Sequence record: PQ850625.1
Source: Escherichia phage SandraMuster_Bas78
Direction: 5' to 3' (one strand)
Length of the DNA: 46,496 bases
Below the pieces are notes generated by a model. That model was given only the letters and a program-made list of their open reading frames with translations, was not told the origin of the DNA and made no database searches. A program made the position numbers and the translations under genes. Shown here one piece after another: positions 20,047 to 32,563 of the stretch (within the stretch, counting starts at the first letter, position 1; every line of letters starts with the position of its first letter).

Positions 20047-20486
20047 TGTTCTGCGCAGATATTGCCATCATGATCATGTATGTGCTGGGTTTTGCCTGCA
20101 CGGGCATGGTTGCGTTTCTGGTGTTCATTCCGGCAATGGCGATGTCTGTGTATCTTGGATGGGTGCTTGCTGATTCATTTCCCGCCGAATATCTGTATTA
20201 CCTTGCGCAGTCTATGGTCTGGCTATTCCCGGCTATTGCACTGCGCAAAAGTACAAAAATGGCGCTCTGCGTGCTGACGATGAGCCTTTACGAATGGCTG
20301 GTAGCGATAGAGTCATTCGTATGGGAATTTATCACGCCTGTAGAAACGCCGCTTCATGCGCAGTACGCATTTATTATTATCGGCATCCATCTGTTCATCC
20401 TTTCCATCACTTTTAAATGGGGCGGCGAAATTGGACATTATTCTTGGCGTGGTCGCCATTGTTTTTTCGCTGATTCAAGTCTATAA
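20046..20486 (+). CDS. multi-pass membrane protein
   Basis: Four or more hydrophobic segments in 146 aa. Confidence 0.5.
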   Translation: MFCADIAIMIMYVLGFACTGMVAFLVFIPAMAMSVYLGWVLADSFPAEYLYYLAQSMVWLFPAIALRKSTKMALCVLTMSLYEWLVAIESFVWEFITPVETPLHAQYAFIIIGIHLFILSITFKWGGEIGHYSWRGRHCFFADSSL

Positions 20487-20518
20487 GTGCTGGAAACATA
20501 TCATCAGCGAGACACGCA

Positions 20519-20803
20519 ATGAACGAAACACTAAGGCAGGCAGCAGAGCAAGTTATAAGCGGGACGACAGGACAGGTGATTGACAAGGCTGGATATGCCT
20601 CCATTGGTACTGGTATTGGACTGAAAGTTGCAGAGCAAACGCCTGTCACGCAGTCTTATTTTGAGGCTATGATTCCACACAGTCTGACGGAGTGGGCGGC
20701 AGTAGCGTCAATCCTTGGCGCTCTGTCTCTGGTAATAAAGAACCTGTTTGAAATGTGGTGGAAAGTCCGGGAGTCAAAGAGAAATGACAGCACCAACACC
20801 TGA
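20519..20803 (+). CDS. hypothetical protein with C-terminal TM segment
   Basis: Track ORF; hydrophobic stretch WAAVASILGALSLVI. Confidence 0.45.
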   Translation: MNETLRQAAEQVISGTTGQVIDKAGYASIGTGIGLKVAEQTPVTQSYFEAMIPHSLTEWAAVASILGALSLVIKNLFEMWWKVRESKRNDSTNT

Positions 20804-21176
20804 AGAACTGGTCAGCCAAATGGCGAATCGCGGAATGACCATCACCACAACAGATGCGTCTGGCATTCTGTGTCTTGTGGCGTCAATCAGTGAATGCCTT
20901 GAGCTGAACTACCCCAATGATGAATGCCGGCAAAATGCGATCATGCTGTGGGCTTCAATCCTGATTAGCGCAAATACAGCTGGGCGCTACGTCACCAGTC
21001 AGAGTGCACCATCTGGAGCTTCACAGTCATTTTCGTATGGCAGCAAGCCGTGGGTGGCGCTGTACAATCAGATGAAACTACTGGATATAGCTGGATGCAC
21101 TGGCGATTTGGTGGAAGACCCTGACGGAAGCGGTAAGCCGTGGTTTGCGGTTGTGCGTGGGAGTAAGTGCAAATGA
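20784..21176 (+). CDS. putative head-tail connector/adaptor protein
   Basis: ATG at 20784 inside track ORF 20748..21176; position between capsid block and tail genes; synteny only. Confidence 0.35.
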   Translation: MTAPTPEELVSQMANRGMTITTTDASGILCLVASISECLELNYPNDECRQNAIMLWASILISANTAGRYVTSQSAPSGASQSFSYGSKPWVALYNQMKLLDIAGCTGDLVEDPDGSGKPWFAVVRGSKCK

Positions 21177-21514
21177 CTTCGCTGGCTAACTGGAGCTATA
21201 CGCAACCATGCACAATCTGGCATAAGAGCGGCACTGACAAGTACGGCAAGCCAACTTTTGACGCACCAGTAAGCATCATGTGCGATTATGGCTTTAATGA
21301 TGATGTATCAACTGACGCGAAAGGCAATGAGATTGTGCAGAAAAATACCTTCTGGACAGAATACACTGGCGCTAAGGTTGGTGATTACATCATGATTGGA
21401 ACAGTGACAGAAGTCGACCCGCTGGCGGCTGGCGCAAACCAGATTCTGAATGTGATTAATTATGGCAACACGTTCAATCGTGCTGAGCCGCCTGACTTTG
21501 CACTGGTGACATAA
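21167..21514 (+). CDS. putative head-tail joining protein
   Basis: Track ORF, overlapping neighbours; synteny only. Confidence 0.35.
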   Translation: MQMTSLANWSYTQPCTIWHKSGTDKYGKPTFDAPVSIMCDYGFNDDVSTDAKGNEIVQKNTFWTEYTGAKVGDYIMIGTVTEVDPLAAGANQILNVINYGNTFNRAEPPDFALVT

Positions 21515-21978
21515 TGCCAGCGAAATTAAGAGGCATTCAGGAGGCAATTCGCAAAACTGAGCAGATAGCTGGCACTATCACGGCAGAAAAAGCGGTGAGA
21601 GCAATCAAAAGTGCCAACTATATTATTCGCACAGAAGCGGCAACAATAACGCCAATTGATACATCAAACCTTATCAATAGCCAATATGATACGGTGGAAG
21701 TGTCAGGGACGAGGATAACAGGAAAAATAGGATATTCTGCTGATTATGCTCTATATGTTCACCGCGCACCGGGGACACTAAAAGGAAAGCCACGCGCTCA
21801 TTTTGGCAAGACCAATAACCTTTCAGATTTTGGCCCGAAACAGGTTAAGGAATTTGGTGGCGGCTCGCTGACAGGTAACTACTGGGACCCAAATGCCGAG
21901 CCACAATTCCTGACCAAGGCGGCGCAGCGCACAAAAGACCTGGTTGATAGTGTGATTAAGAAGGAGATGAAACTGTGA
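21514..21978 (+). CDS. putative tail completion protein (HK97 gp10-like)
   Basis: Size, position and N-terminal helical region resemble HK97 gp10-family neck proteins; low-confidence similarity. Confidence 0.4.
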   Translation: MPAKLRGIQEAIRKTEQIAGTITAEKAVRAIKSANYIIRTEAATITPIDTSNLINSQYDTVEVSGTRITGKIGYSADYALYVHRAPGTLKGKPRAHFGKTNNLSDFGPKQVKEFGGGSLTGNYWDPNAEPQFLTKAAQRTKDLVDSVIKKEMKL

Positions 21979-22349
21979 ACATGCTTGAGCTGGTTGATGC
22001 ATATCTTCAGGATGCAGGATTGTATGATGGCTGGACTTCGCAGTTGCAGTTCTGGAACGACACCGGAGATGGCAACGAGCAATTTATTGTTCTGCAATCC
22101 AATGGTGGCACGCAGGTGATGGACGGCCTCGGCGGTGACTTCTATTTCTCGCTGTACGTTGTTGGGAAACAAGGCCAGTACAATGTTGCTGATGTCGACG
22201 CTAAAGCCAATGAGATTATCGAATACATCAAGACACATCCGATTGATTCATGCGTGAACTACATCCAGTTGCAGGCTCCTCTAGGACGACCAATGTTGAC
22301 GGAGGAGAAGCGCCCTGTGCATGAGTTGCTTTTGCGGGTTGTGAAATAA
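21975..22349 (+). CDS. putative tail terminator / neck protein
   Basis: Track ORF, last gene before ORF-poor region; synteny only. Confidence 0.35.
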   Translation: MNMLELVDAYLQDAGLYDGWTSQLQFWNDTGDGNEQFIVLQSNGGTQVMDGLGGDFYFSLYVVGKQGQYNVADVDAKANEIIEYIKTHPIDSCVNYIQLQAPLGRPMLTEEKRPVHELLLRVVK

Positions 22350-22352
22350 ATA

Positions 22353-22380
22353 AAGCCGCACGAAGCGGCCTTATTGCTGG
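22353..22380 (+). terminator. weak hairpin terminator
   Basis: AGCCGCACGAAGCGGCCTT followed by ATTGCTGGTTT. Confidence 0.3.
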
Positions 22381-23025
22381 TTTAAGCATTGCCAGCATGC
22401 TTTCTTAATATCCAGCCCCGTAACCCATACATACCCCTACATATGATTGCGATAATGCTGGATATTAAGTGTTGTGGTGGCCGGTGCTGATATCCGGCAT
22501 AAGGCGCTTATTCGGCGGCGTCGAGCTTGCTTATTCGCTTGAGCCATCCTCGTGAGTCAGCCACGTCCCACTGCGCATCAGCCTGCGCATTCACCACAAC
22601 GGAAATAGCACTGGATAACCAAGCGCGCAGACTCTTCACGATTATCTGCTCAATGCTCTTACCTGTTGTGTGCCACGTTTCGTGTGGCTTACGGCAACGA
22701 CATTACCGGATTATTCGCTGCACCCTTGATGGATTTACTAAGGCGACATGCCCGTTGTTACCCACGAATGAGAGCACTATAAGTTACGCTGCCTCGGACG
22801 TACCTACGCTGCCTGTTCTTAAATACTCTCATTGGTGGGTGCCCGTTATTAATCACAGCGGGCCACTGCGCCGAATTTGTTTACAAGGAGTCGGAAGACC
22901 TTGCTGACTTACAGGCTATTACGCCGCCATCAGAACAACATCATCGTTTGCATTTATCTTTGTGGTCAGTTTCTAAAAAGTCCGCAAAGTCGCTCACGAA
23001 AACTATCTGAAATACAATCTACACC

Positions 23026-23060
23026 ACAAAATAATCACTGTCAACACCTGTGATATAATC
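23026..23060 (+). promoter_or_regulatory. extended -10 promoter upstream of major tail gene
   Basis: AATCTACACCA ... TGTCAACACC ... TGATATAAT (TGnTATAAT); near-identical element at 24535..24586. Confidence 0.5.
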
Positions 23061-23095
23061 ATCGCGTTAGCAGCTAACACAATTCGGAGATCGAA

Positions 23096-23812
23096 ATGGC
23101 TATTTGTGCAAATGATAAGGGCGTTCTGGTTGGTCGCATGACCCGCCTGTTCCTTGCTGAAGGGTGCGGCGACGCAGTTCCGGATGCAGAAGACTGGAAA
23201 TATTTAGGCTCAACCACCAGTAAAGGTGTTGACTACTCGCCGCAGACCACCACGTCGGAAGCTGATACCACTGGCGGCTTTGTTTCCACTCTCGTTACCA
23301 GCTCTGATATGACCATCAGTGCAGAGGTTGAAATCCGCAAGAATGACCCGAGCGATGAGTTTGGCTTCCATCGTCTGGTTGAGATTTACGCCACTGAACT
23401 GAAGGCGCGTCGCCAGCCTTCCTTGTGGGTGCGTCAGGTTACTGGTGCAACTATCGTTACCGCGTACTGCAACATTACCAGCATCAGTTACGAAGGTGGT
23501 ACAAACGACATCGTTACTGGCAGCCTTGAGTTTAAGGTTTACGATTCTGACAGCGTTACCGTAGAGAGCCTTGAGCCTCTGGCATTCACTACAGACCTGC
23601 CATCAACTGGCACGGCTGGCAGCCCGTTAACTGTTGCTGTTGAAGGTGGTGTCGCTCCTTACACTTATGTATGGCGCAAAGATGGCGTGGTTGTCGGCAG
23701 CGAATCAGGCGCGTCTCTGGCAATCCCTACCGCTGGCGTGTATACCGTCACGGTGACTGATTCGTCTACTGACCCTGAAATTATTATCAGCACGGCTTGC
23801 ACTGTGTCCTGA
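23096..23812 (+). CDS. major tail protein with C-terminal Ig-like domain
   Basis: 238 aa ORF upstream of chaperone/tape measure; C-terminal segment (TGTAGSPLTVAVEGGVAPYTYVW...VYTVTVTD) looks like a Big_2-type Ig domain as on lambda gpV. Confidence 0.65.
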   Translation: MAICANDKGVLVGRMTRLFLAEGCGDAVPDAEDWKYLGSTTSKGVDYSPQTTTSEADTTGGFVSTLVTSSDMTISAEVEIRKNDPSDEFGFHRLVEIYATELKARRQPSLWVRQVTGATIVTAYCNITSISYEGGTNDIVTGSLEFKVYDSDSVTVESLEPLAFTTDLPSTGTAGSPLTVAVEGGVAPYTYVWRKDGVVVGSESGASLAIPTAGVYTVTVTDSSTDPEIIISTACTVS

Positions 23813-23815
23813 TAA

Positions 23816-23846
23816 ATAAAAAAGCCCCGGAAGGGGCTTTGTTTTA
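23816..23846. terminator. bidirectional terminator between convergent genes
   Basis: AAAAAAGCCCCGGAAGGGGCTTTGTTTTA. Confidence 0.6.
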
Positions 23847-24053
23847 TTCTTGCGGTGGCTCTGGTAGTGGCATCCAGTGTGTTACGTCATCCAAGATATT
23901 TCCTGATAAATACGTGAAAGCCCTATATTTTTTGTAATCAATTGGATTTACAACCCAGTTCCAATATGCGGCTACGATTTCACCTTGACTAAATACCAAT
24001 AACATTTGGGTTTCATCCGGCATCCTTTCACTGCACTTAATCCACTGTCTCAT
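23844..24053 (-). CDS. hypothetical protein
   Basis: Track ORF in minus-strand island within the tail cluster. Confidence 0.45.
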   Translation of the reverse strand: MRQWIKCSERMPDETQMLLVFSQGEIVAAYWNWVVNPIDYKKYRAFTYLSGNILDDVTHWMPLPEPPQE

Positions 24054-24193
24054 ATCACCTTATCCTCATCAAAAATCACACCAATCACACGAAGCAAGTC
24101 TTTCGCCATGCGTTCAGCTTCTTCATAGTCGTAACCCGCATCAACATACAAATCAGTGTAGAAAATCAGGTCAGCTTTTGTTTGTTCGTTCAT
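24050..24193 (-). CDS. hypothetical small acidic protein (47 aa)
   Basis: Minus-strand ATG; stop overlaps next start (ATGA); below track cutoff. Confidence 0.3.
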   Translation of the reverse strand: MNEQTKADLIFYTDLYVDAGYDYEEAERMAKDLLRVIGVIFDEDKVI

Positions 24194-24202
24194 GGGCAAG
24201 CC

Positions 24203-24496
24203 TTACATCCCTTGCTTTTCACACAAAGAAACAGCCACATCACGCAATTGCTCTTTGGTCATATCCTTGCGTGCATAAACCATTTCTACGATAGCAAGGC
24301 CGATTATTTCTGCTGCCTCGTTGTTTTTTGCCGAGCCTTTTACTACCACCTCTGCAAGGTTTTTACTGACGCCATTATCGCGAACTTCAGCCGTGTTTAA
24401 TGCGATGTCGCCAATATTCTTGCACACCTCTGAAGTTGCTACAGCAGAGAAAGAAGAAACCAATAGTGCAGACGCAATCAACATTTTAATTTTCAT
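24203..24496 (-). CDS. small secreted/periplasmic protein
   Basis: N-terminal signal peptide MKIKMLIASALLVSSFSAVA then 77 aa soluble region; RBS GAGGTGAG. Confidence 0.5.
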   Translation of the reverse strand: MKIKMLIASALLVSSFSAVATSEVCKNIGDIALNTAEVRDNGVSKNLAEVVVKGSAKNNEAAEIIGLAIVEMVYARKDMTKEQLRDVAVSLCEKQGM

Positions 24497-24534
24497 AACT
24501 CACCTCATTCATTCATCACTCGTTTCGATGACTT

Positions 24535-24586
24535 GAATCTACATCACCACCTAACAGGTGTCAACACCACTGAGATGATATAATCA
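24535..24586 (+). promoter_or_regulatory. extended -10 promoter upstream of chaperone / tape measure operon
   Basis: AATCTACATCACC ... TGTCAACACC ... TGATATAAT, same architecture as 23026..23060. Confidence 0.5.
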
Positions 24587-24613
24587 ACATCAGTCAAATT
24601 CAGGATGCAAAAC

Positions 24614-25321
24614 ATGAGCAATCGCACGCCACTAACAGAAATCGGAGAGATGCGCATCTCGCTTTCCGACAGGAGTTTTTTCTTTAAGCCATCATTTCGC
24701 GCCATGAATGAAATCGGCACACCAAAGGAAATCGTCGAGGTGTACGCCAGACTCAATGGCATTGATTATGTTTCGCCGTTGCAGCACGTCGAATACCTGC
24801 CATTTGGCGCGCAGATGCAGGTTATGAAAACCATCAGCAAACCTGTGTATGGTCGCCATGTACTGAGTGCGGCCTATATCGTCATGCAGTCATGCTGTGA
24901 AGATAATATTTCTGTGTTGATTGGAGGATGGAAGCCAACGCCGCGTGGCGTGCGATATGTCCCCGGCATCATGCCAGTGAACGACATTATTATTATTGCG
25001 CGCAACCTGATGCAGCATGGCATCATCGGTAAGTCACCACTCAAAGTTCCTGAACGTCTGGAAGAACAGGGCAAGAAAACCACAAACGAGTTTCATGCGT
25101 CTCAATACATCATCTCAGCACGCACGCATTTCGACATGACGCGCGATGAGGCAGAAAACCTGTCTATGACAGAGTTTCAGATGATGATTAAGAATAAATA
25201 TCCAGAGCCGAAAGGGTTAACGAAAGAAGAGCGCGCGGCAGAGTACGATCAGGCTAAAGCAGACCGTGAGCGCATGAAGGCACTGGCTGAACGCAAAGCG
25301 AAAAAAGCGAGGAATACATAA
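24614..25321 (+). CDS. putative tail assembly chaperone
   Basis: ORF immediately upstream of tape measure; ATG at 24614 has AGGA upstream (track start 24605 also ATG); basic C-terminus. Confidence 0.4.
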   Translation: MSNRTPLTEIGEMRISLSDRSFFFKPSFRAMNEIGTPKEIVEVYARLNGIDYVSPLQHVEYLPFGAQMQVMKTISKPVYGRHVLSAAYIVMQSCCEDNISVLIGGWKPTPRGVRYVPGIMPVNDIIIIARNLMQHGIIGKSPLKVPERLEEQGKKTTNEFHASQYIISARTHFDMTRDEAENLSMTEFQMMIKNKYPEPKGLTKEERAAEYDQAKADRERMKALAERKAKKARNT

Positions 25322-27804
25322 TGGCTGAAGAAGTCGGCGGAATTGTCTATGAAGTCGGGATGGATGTATCCGGGCTGACGACTGGCGGGCAAAAGGTAAA
25401 CAAGGTTCTTCAGGAGATTGAGAAGTCAATTGATGAGTCAATTACCGGGATAAATAAACTTGATACCGGATTAAAAAACACCGCATCGACAGCTGAGAAA
25501 TCTGGCAGGAGTTTCTCCAGTTTAAATAACGCCATGAGACAGGGCGGCTACCAGATTCAGGACTTTGTAGTTCAGGTGCAGAGCGGACAATCGGCACTCG
25601 TTGCTTTAAGTCAACAAGGTAGTCAGTTATTAAGCGTCTTTGGTTCTGGAGGCGCAGTTGCCGGTGCATTGCTAACCATCGGTACGGTAATCGTTGGCTC
25701 ATTAATTGCTGGCATGGATAACGCAGCCGTTTCCACAAAGGCGCTCACCGCAGCACAGCAGCGACTTGCTGACATATTCCAGCTTTCTGCTAATGGAGTT
25801 GTAGTTCTCTCTGACAAATTCGCAACACTGGCTAAACAGTCAGAAAACGCCGCCAGAGCACAGTTAACAATGGCTCTGATTGATGCAAACAATATCATCA
25901 AGGCTTCAGTGCAGGGCGTCAATGAGCTTGGCGACGCACTTGGCTCATGGAAAGCGCCACTATCAGCCGCCATCAGCCAGCTTGACACACTGAAAGCAAG
26001 AGGCATTGATGTAAACACAGCACTCAAGAATCTTGGCGGGACATATGAGGGTAATATCCTCGGACTAAACCAGCTTAATCAGGTGGTAAAAAGTCTGGCA
26101 GATGAGTTTGGCATAAGCGCCGAGGATGCTTTGAAGCTGGTTGAAGCTCTGGCGGCGGTGAGAAAAAACGCCAATCCTGAAACAATAGCAGAATTACGTG
26201 ACCTGACTGTTGACCTTAGTCAGAAATATGGATATGCAAACAAGTCGCTATCTGAACTGACTGGCAAGGTTGGCGAATATTCCATTTCAGCAGATCAGGC
26301 AGCAGAATCTACAAAAATGGCTACCGACATGCTTAACGGTCACAAGGTAGCTTCAGAAGAGGATGCGAGAGCAACTGAAGAAAACACGAAAAGGCTTCAG
26401 GCTTACATCCAGTCGATCAAGGAAGAAGGTGAAACCATCGCCTTTACCGCCAGACAAAAGGCTCTGTACAGAGCAGAGCAGCTTGGAGCAAGTGACGCAG
26501 ATAAGCAAACAATCAACTCGTCGTTCGACAAGATAGAGGCTTACAAAGCTGAACTTGCCGCAAAGAAAGAGCAGGAAAGGCAAGATAAAAAACGCATAAC
26601 TGCATCAACAAAACAGGCCAATCTTGAAGAGTCGGTAGCTCAGAAGCTGGAAAAATTACGCCAGCAAACCATGCTCAATGCCACGTCTACCAGCGAACTA
26701 TCACGCGAGCAAGCAATTCTCAACGCGCAGCAATCGCTTGGCAAGGCCGCCACTCAGGAGCAAATAAAACTGGCTGGTGAGTACGCTGCGAAGATTTGGG
26801 ACCAGAAGAATGCATTGAAGGAGCAAGCAGAAGCGGAAAAAGAAAAGCAACGCGTAGAAAAATCATATCAAGGGTTGCGCGCTATTGCATCGCCAACCAC
26901 TGGCATTGACAGTGAATACCAGCAACGTATGGCTGACCTTGACGCCTACGCCGCAGCATATCCGCAGAAAATCACGGAGATTGAGCAGACTCGCGCAGCA
27001 ATTGAAGCACAATACCGCCAACAGCGAATGGACGCTATGTGGGCTGAATGGCAGCAACAAAGCCTCGGTGCGCAACTGTTCGGTACCGCTCTTGATTCAG
27101 CAATGAGTACGGCATCAAACAGCATCACCGGATTGCTTACCGGAACGATGAGCGTTCAGGATGCCATGCGCAGCCTCGGCTCTACGGTGCTGAACTCTCT
27201 GGTAAACAGCTTCATTGAAATGGGTGTGCAGTGGGTTAAATCTGCTGTTATGGGGCAGACTGCACAGGTTGCGGCTACGGCAACCACAACGGCGGCGCAA
27301 ACGGCAGGATTGGCAACCACAACAGCAGCATCTACGGCGGCGGCAGCAACCACTACGGCGGCATGGACTCCGGCAGCAATCGTCGCATCAATCGGCTCAT
27401 TCGGCGGGGCGGCTGCAATTGGGGTAGGTGCCGTTCTCGGAGCGCTGGCGATGGGCATTGCTGGCAAGCGTAAAAATGGTGGCCCTGTTAGTGCCGGAAG
27501 TATGTACGAAGTTGGCGAAAATGGCTTGCCTGAAATATTCCAGGCGTCCAACGGCCGCCAGTATATGATTCCCGGTAACGATGGATCAGTTATCAGCAAC
27601 AAAGACCTTACAGGAGGTGGTAGTGGCGTTGTGGTTTATAATAACGTGATAAATAACAGCTCAGCGCAGGTTAGCAGCAGCGCCAGAGATAACGGTGACG
27701 GCAGCGTGACAATTGAGACTATCGTTAGTGATATTGAGAACAACGGCGCGATAGGGCAGGCTATTTCAAGAAATTACTCAACAAACCGGAGAGCAACAGA
27801 ATAA
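25321..27804 (+). CDS. tail length tape measure protein
   Basis: 827 aa, largest tail ORF, long Ala/Gln/Glu-rich helical regions and C-terminal hydrophobic Ala/Gly-rich segment. Confidence 0.85.
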   Translation: MAEEVGGIVYEVGMDVSGLTTGGQKVNKVLQEIEKSIDESITGINKLDTGLKNTASTAEKSGRSFSSLNNAMRQGGYQIQDFVVQVQSGQSALVALSQQGSQLLSVFGSGGAVAGALLTIGTVIVGSLIAGMDNAAVSTKALTAAQQRLADIFQLSANGVVVLSDKFATLAKQSENAARAQLTMALIDANNIIKASVQGVNELGDALGSWKAPLSAAISQLDTLKARGIDVNTALKNLGGTYEGNILGLNQLNQVVKSLADEFGISAEDALKLVEALAAVRKNANPETIAELRDLTVDLSQKYGYANKSLSELTGKVGEYSISADQAAESTKMATDMLNGHKVASEEDARATEENTKRLQAYIQSIKEEGETIAFTARQKALYRAEQLGASDADKQTINSSFDKIEAYKAELAAKKEQERQDKKRITASTKQANLEESVAQKLEKLRQQTMLNATSTSELSREQAILNAQQSLGKAATQEQIKLAGEYAAKIWDQKNALKEQAEAEKEKQRVEKSYQGLRAIASPTTGIDSEYQQRMADLDAYAAAYPQKITEIEQTRAAIEAQYRQQRMDAMWAEWQQQSLGAQLFGTALDSAMSTASNSITGLLTGTMSVQDAMRSLGSTVLNSLVNSFIEMGVQWVKSAVMGQTAQVAATATTTAAQTAGLATTTAASTAAAATTTAAWTPAAIVASIGSFGGAAAIGVGAVLGALAMGIAGKRKNGGPVSAGSMYEVGENGLPEIFQASNGRQYMIPGNDGSVISNKDLTGGGSGVVVYNNVINNSSAQVSSSARDNGDGSVTIETIVSDIENNGAIGQAISRNYSTNRRATE

Positions 27805-29177
27805 TGGCTATCATCAAATACCCTGACTGGCTTCCACTTGCACAACGCGCCAGTAAAAACCTGACACAGCAAACTCCGTTCCGCAGTGACCAGCCTGCCG
27901 TCGGCGCGCCAATTTTTCAGAAGCTGACAACTGATATTGCGGCGACATGGAGCCTGACGTGGAAGTTTACGCTGGCAGAGGAGCGCGCTTTTATCCAGTG
28001 GTTGCGTAGCCCGAGTTACCTCAACAAAGCAAACAACTGGTTCACCATGATGATTGACCTCGGCGGCAGCGGATTGCAGGAGCAGACGCTGCATTTTACC
28101 GATTATCCGGTGCAAACCAGCATTGATGGCGGCGTGGTCACGTGGACCGGCAATGTTATTGCCAAAAAACTCAATAACACTATGGATGAGTTTGATGATG
28201 TTCTGGTTGAACTGGATTACAGATGGTATAGCTGGCTGGATGAAGTCGTTAATCGCGAACTCCCGCAAGTCTATATGACACCGATACTGCACATGCCAAT
28301 TAACATGTTGTCACCAACGCTTGATAGCCGCATTGTTTACGAGGGGTCACAGATTTACTATATCAACCGAAACGGCAATCTTGTGCAATCAGCCGCAAAT
28401 GAATGGCCTCTTACGTTTATTGACGGAACTGCAGTTGGGCGTGTGCCGCCGGAAAAGGCTGCTACCAATGTGGTAGAACATTCTAACAACTTACTATCTA
28501 CATCATTTTCACGTACCAGAACAACAACCACGGCGAGTTCTTTGGCGTTATTCCAAGAAACTTATGCTGCTAAATTAACCGCAACGTCGGTATCAGGTAA
28601 CCATTATATAAACAAGGCAGAGGCCCCAGAACAAGAAACAAGATACTCTATTAGTGCTATTATAAAAGCAGATGAGTACCAGTCGGCAGCGGTAGCCATC
28701 GGCAACCGAGCCGCTTTAGATAATTTCCAGTATGCCTATGTTGACTTAGCCTCCGGCTATTTGATATCAGGCGACACCTCAAGGTCGTTCGTAAGCAATC
28801 TTGGTGGTGGGTGGTATCACGTTTCAATGTCAGCGGACACTAACGACTCCGGCGGATTGATTTATTCGCAGATAAACATGTTGTCGCCGTCTAACTCCCT
28901 CACCTTCACAGGGGATGATATCAGTGGGTTCATTATAGCCCTAATCCAGATGGAGCCTTCAGAGTTTGCCTCCTCCCCGATAGTGACCGAGGAGTCACCG
29001 GTAACTCGTCCAACGGCATCAGCAAAAGTGGCAATGAACGGCGCGACAAGCATCGACATTACCTATTCCGACGGCTCTGTGGTAAACGTTCTGGCGGCAG
29101 ATGATTACGCAACCATCCCGCAGGCTGATTCCGCGTGGGGTAGCAAGTACATCACAACAATAAAATTCAACGCCTAA
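27804..29177 (+). CDS. minor tail protein (gpM-like N-terminus with C-terminal extension)
   Basis: First gene after tape measure, ATGA overlap; position equivalent to lambda M. Confidence 0.45.
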   Translation: MAIIKYPDWLPLAQRASKNLTQQTPFRSDQPAVGAPIFQKLTTDIAATWSLTWKFTLAEERAFIQWLRSPSYLNKANNWFTMMIDLGGSGLQEQTLHFTDYPVQTSIDGGVVTWTGNVIAKKLNNTMDEFDDVLVELDYRWYSWLDEVVNRELPQVYMTPILHMPINMLSPTLDSRIVYEGSQIYYINRNGNLVQSAANEWPLTFIDGTAVGRVPPEKAATNVVEHSNNLLSTSFSRTRTTTTASSLALFQETYAAKLTATSVSGNHYINKAEAPEQETRYSISAIIKADEYQSAAVAIGNRAALDNFQYAYVDLASGYLISGDTSRSFVSNLGGGWYHVSMSADTNDSGGLIYSQINMLSPSNSLTFTGDDISGFIIALIQMEPSEFASSPIVTEESPVTRPTASAKVAMNGATSIDITYSDGSVVNVLAADDYATIPQADSAWGSKYITTIKFNA

Positions 29178-32524
<3,347 letters not shown>

Positions 32525-32563
32525 TACAATATACATCAAATTCACAAAGGAGCATTTATTATA

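Noticed and set aside
22527-22907. 126 aa plus-strand ORF in the ORF-poor region
   Set aside because: TTG start, no RBS, cysteine/arginine-rich composition; treated as non-coding (see finding on 22380..23020)
25297-25321. AAAAAAG heptamer near the end of the chaperone ORF as a possible -1 frameshift site
   Set aside because: The heptamer is not in the canonical X_XXY_YYZ register for the chaperone frame and a shift would fuse the chaperone to the tape measure itself, not the usual G/GT arrangement; cannot be supported without data
27156-27602. 148 aa minus-strand ORF and a 70 aa plus-strand ORF (27215..27427) within the tape measure gene
   Set aside because: Lie in the Ala-rich repetitive part of the tape measure coding sequence where alternate frames stay open by composition
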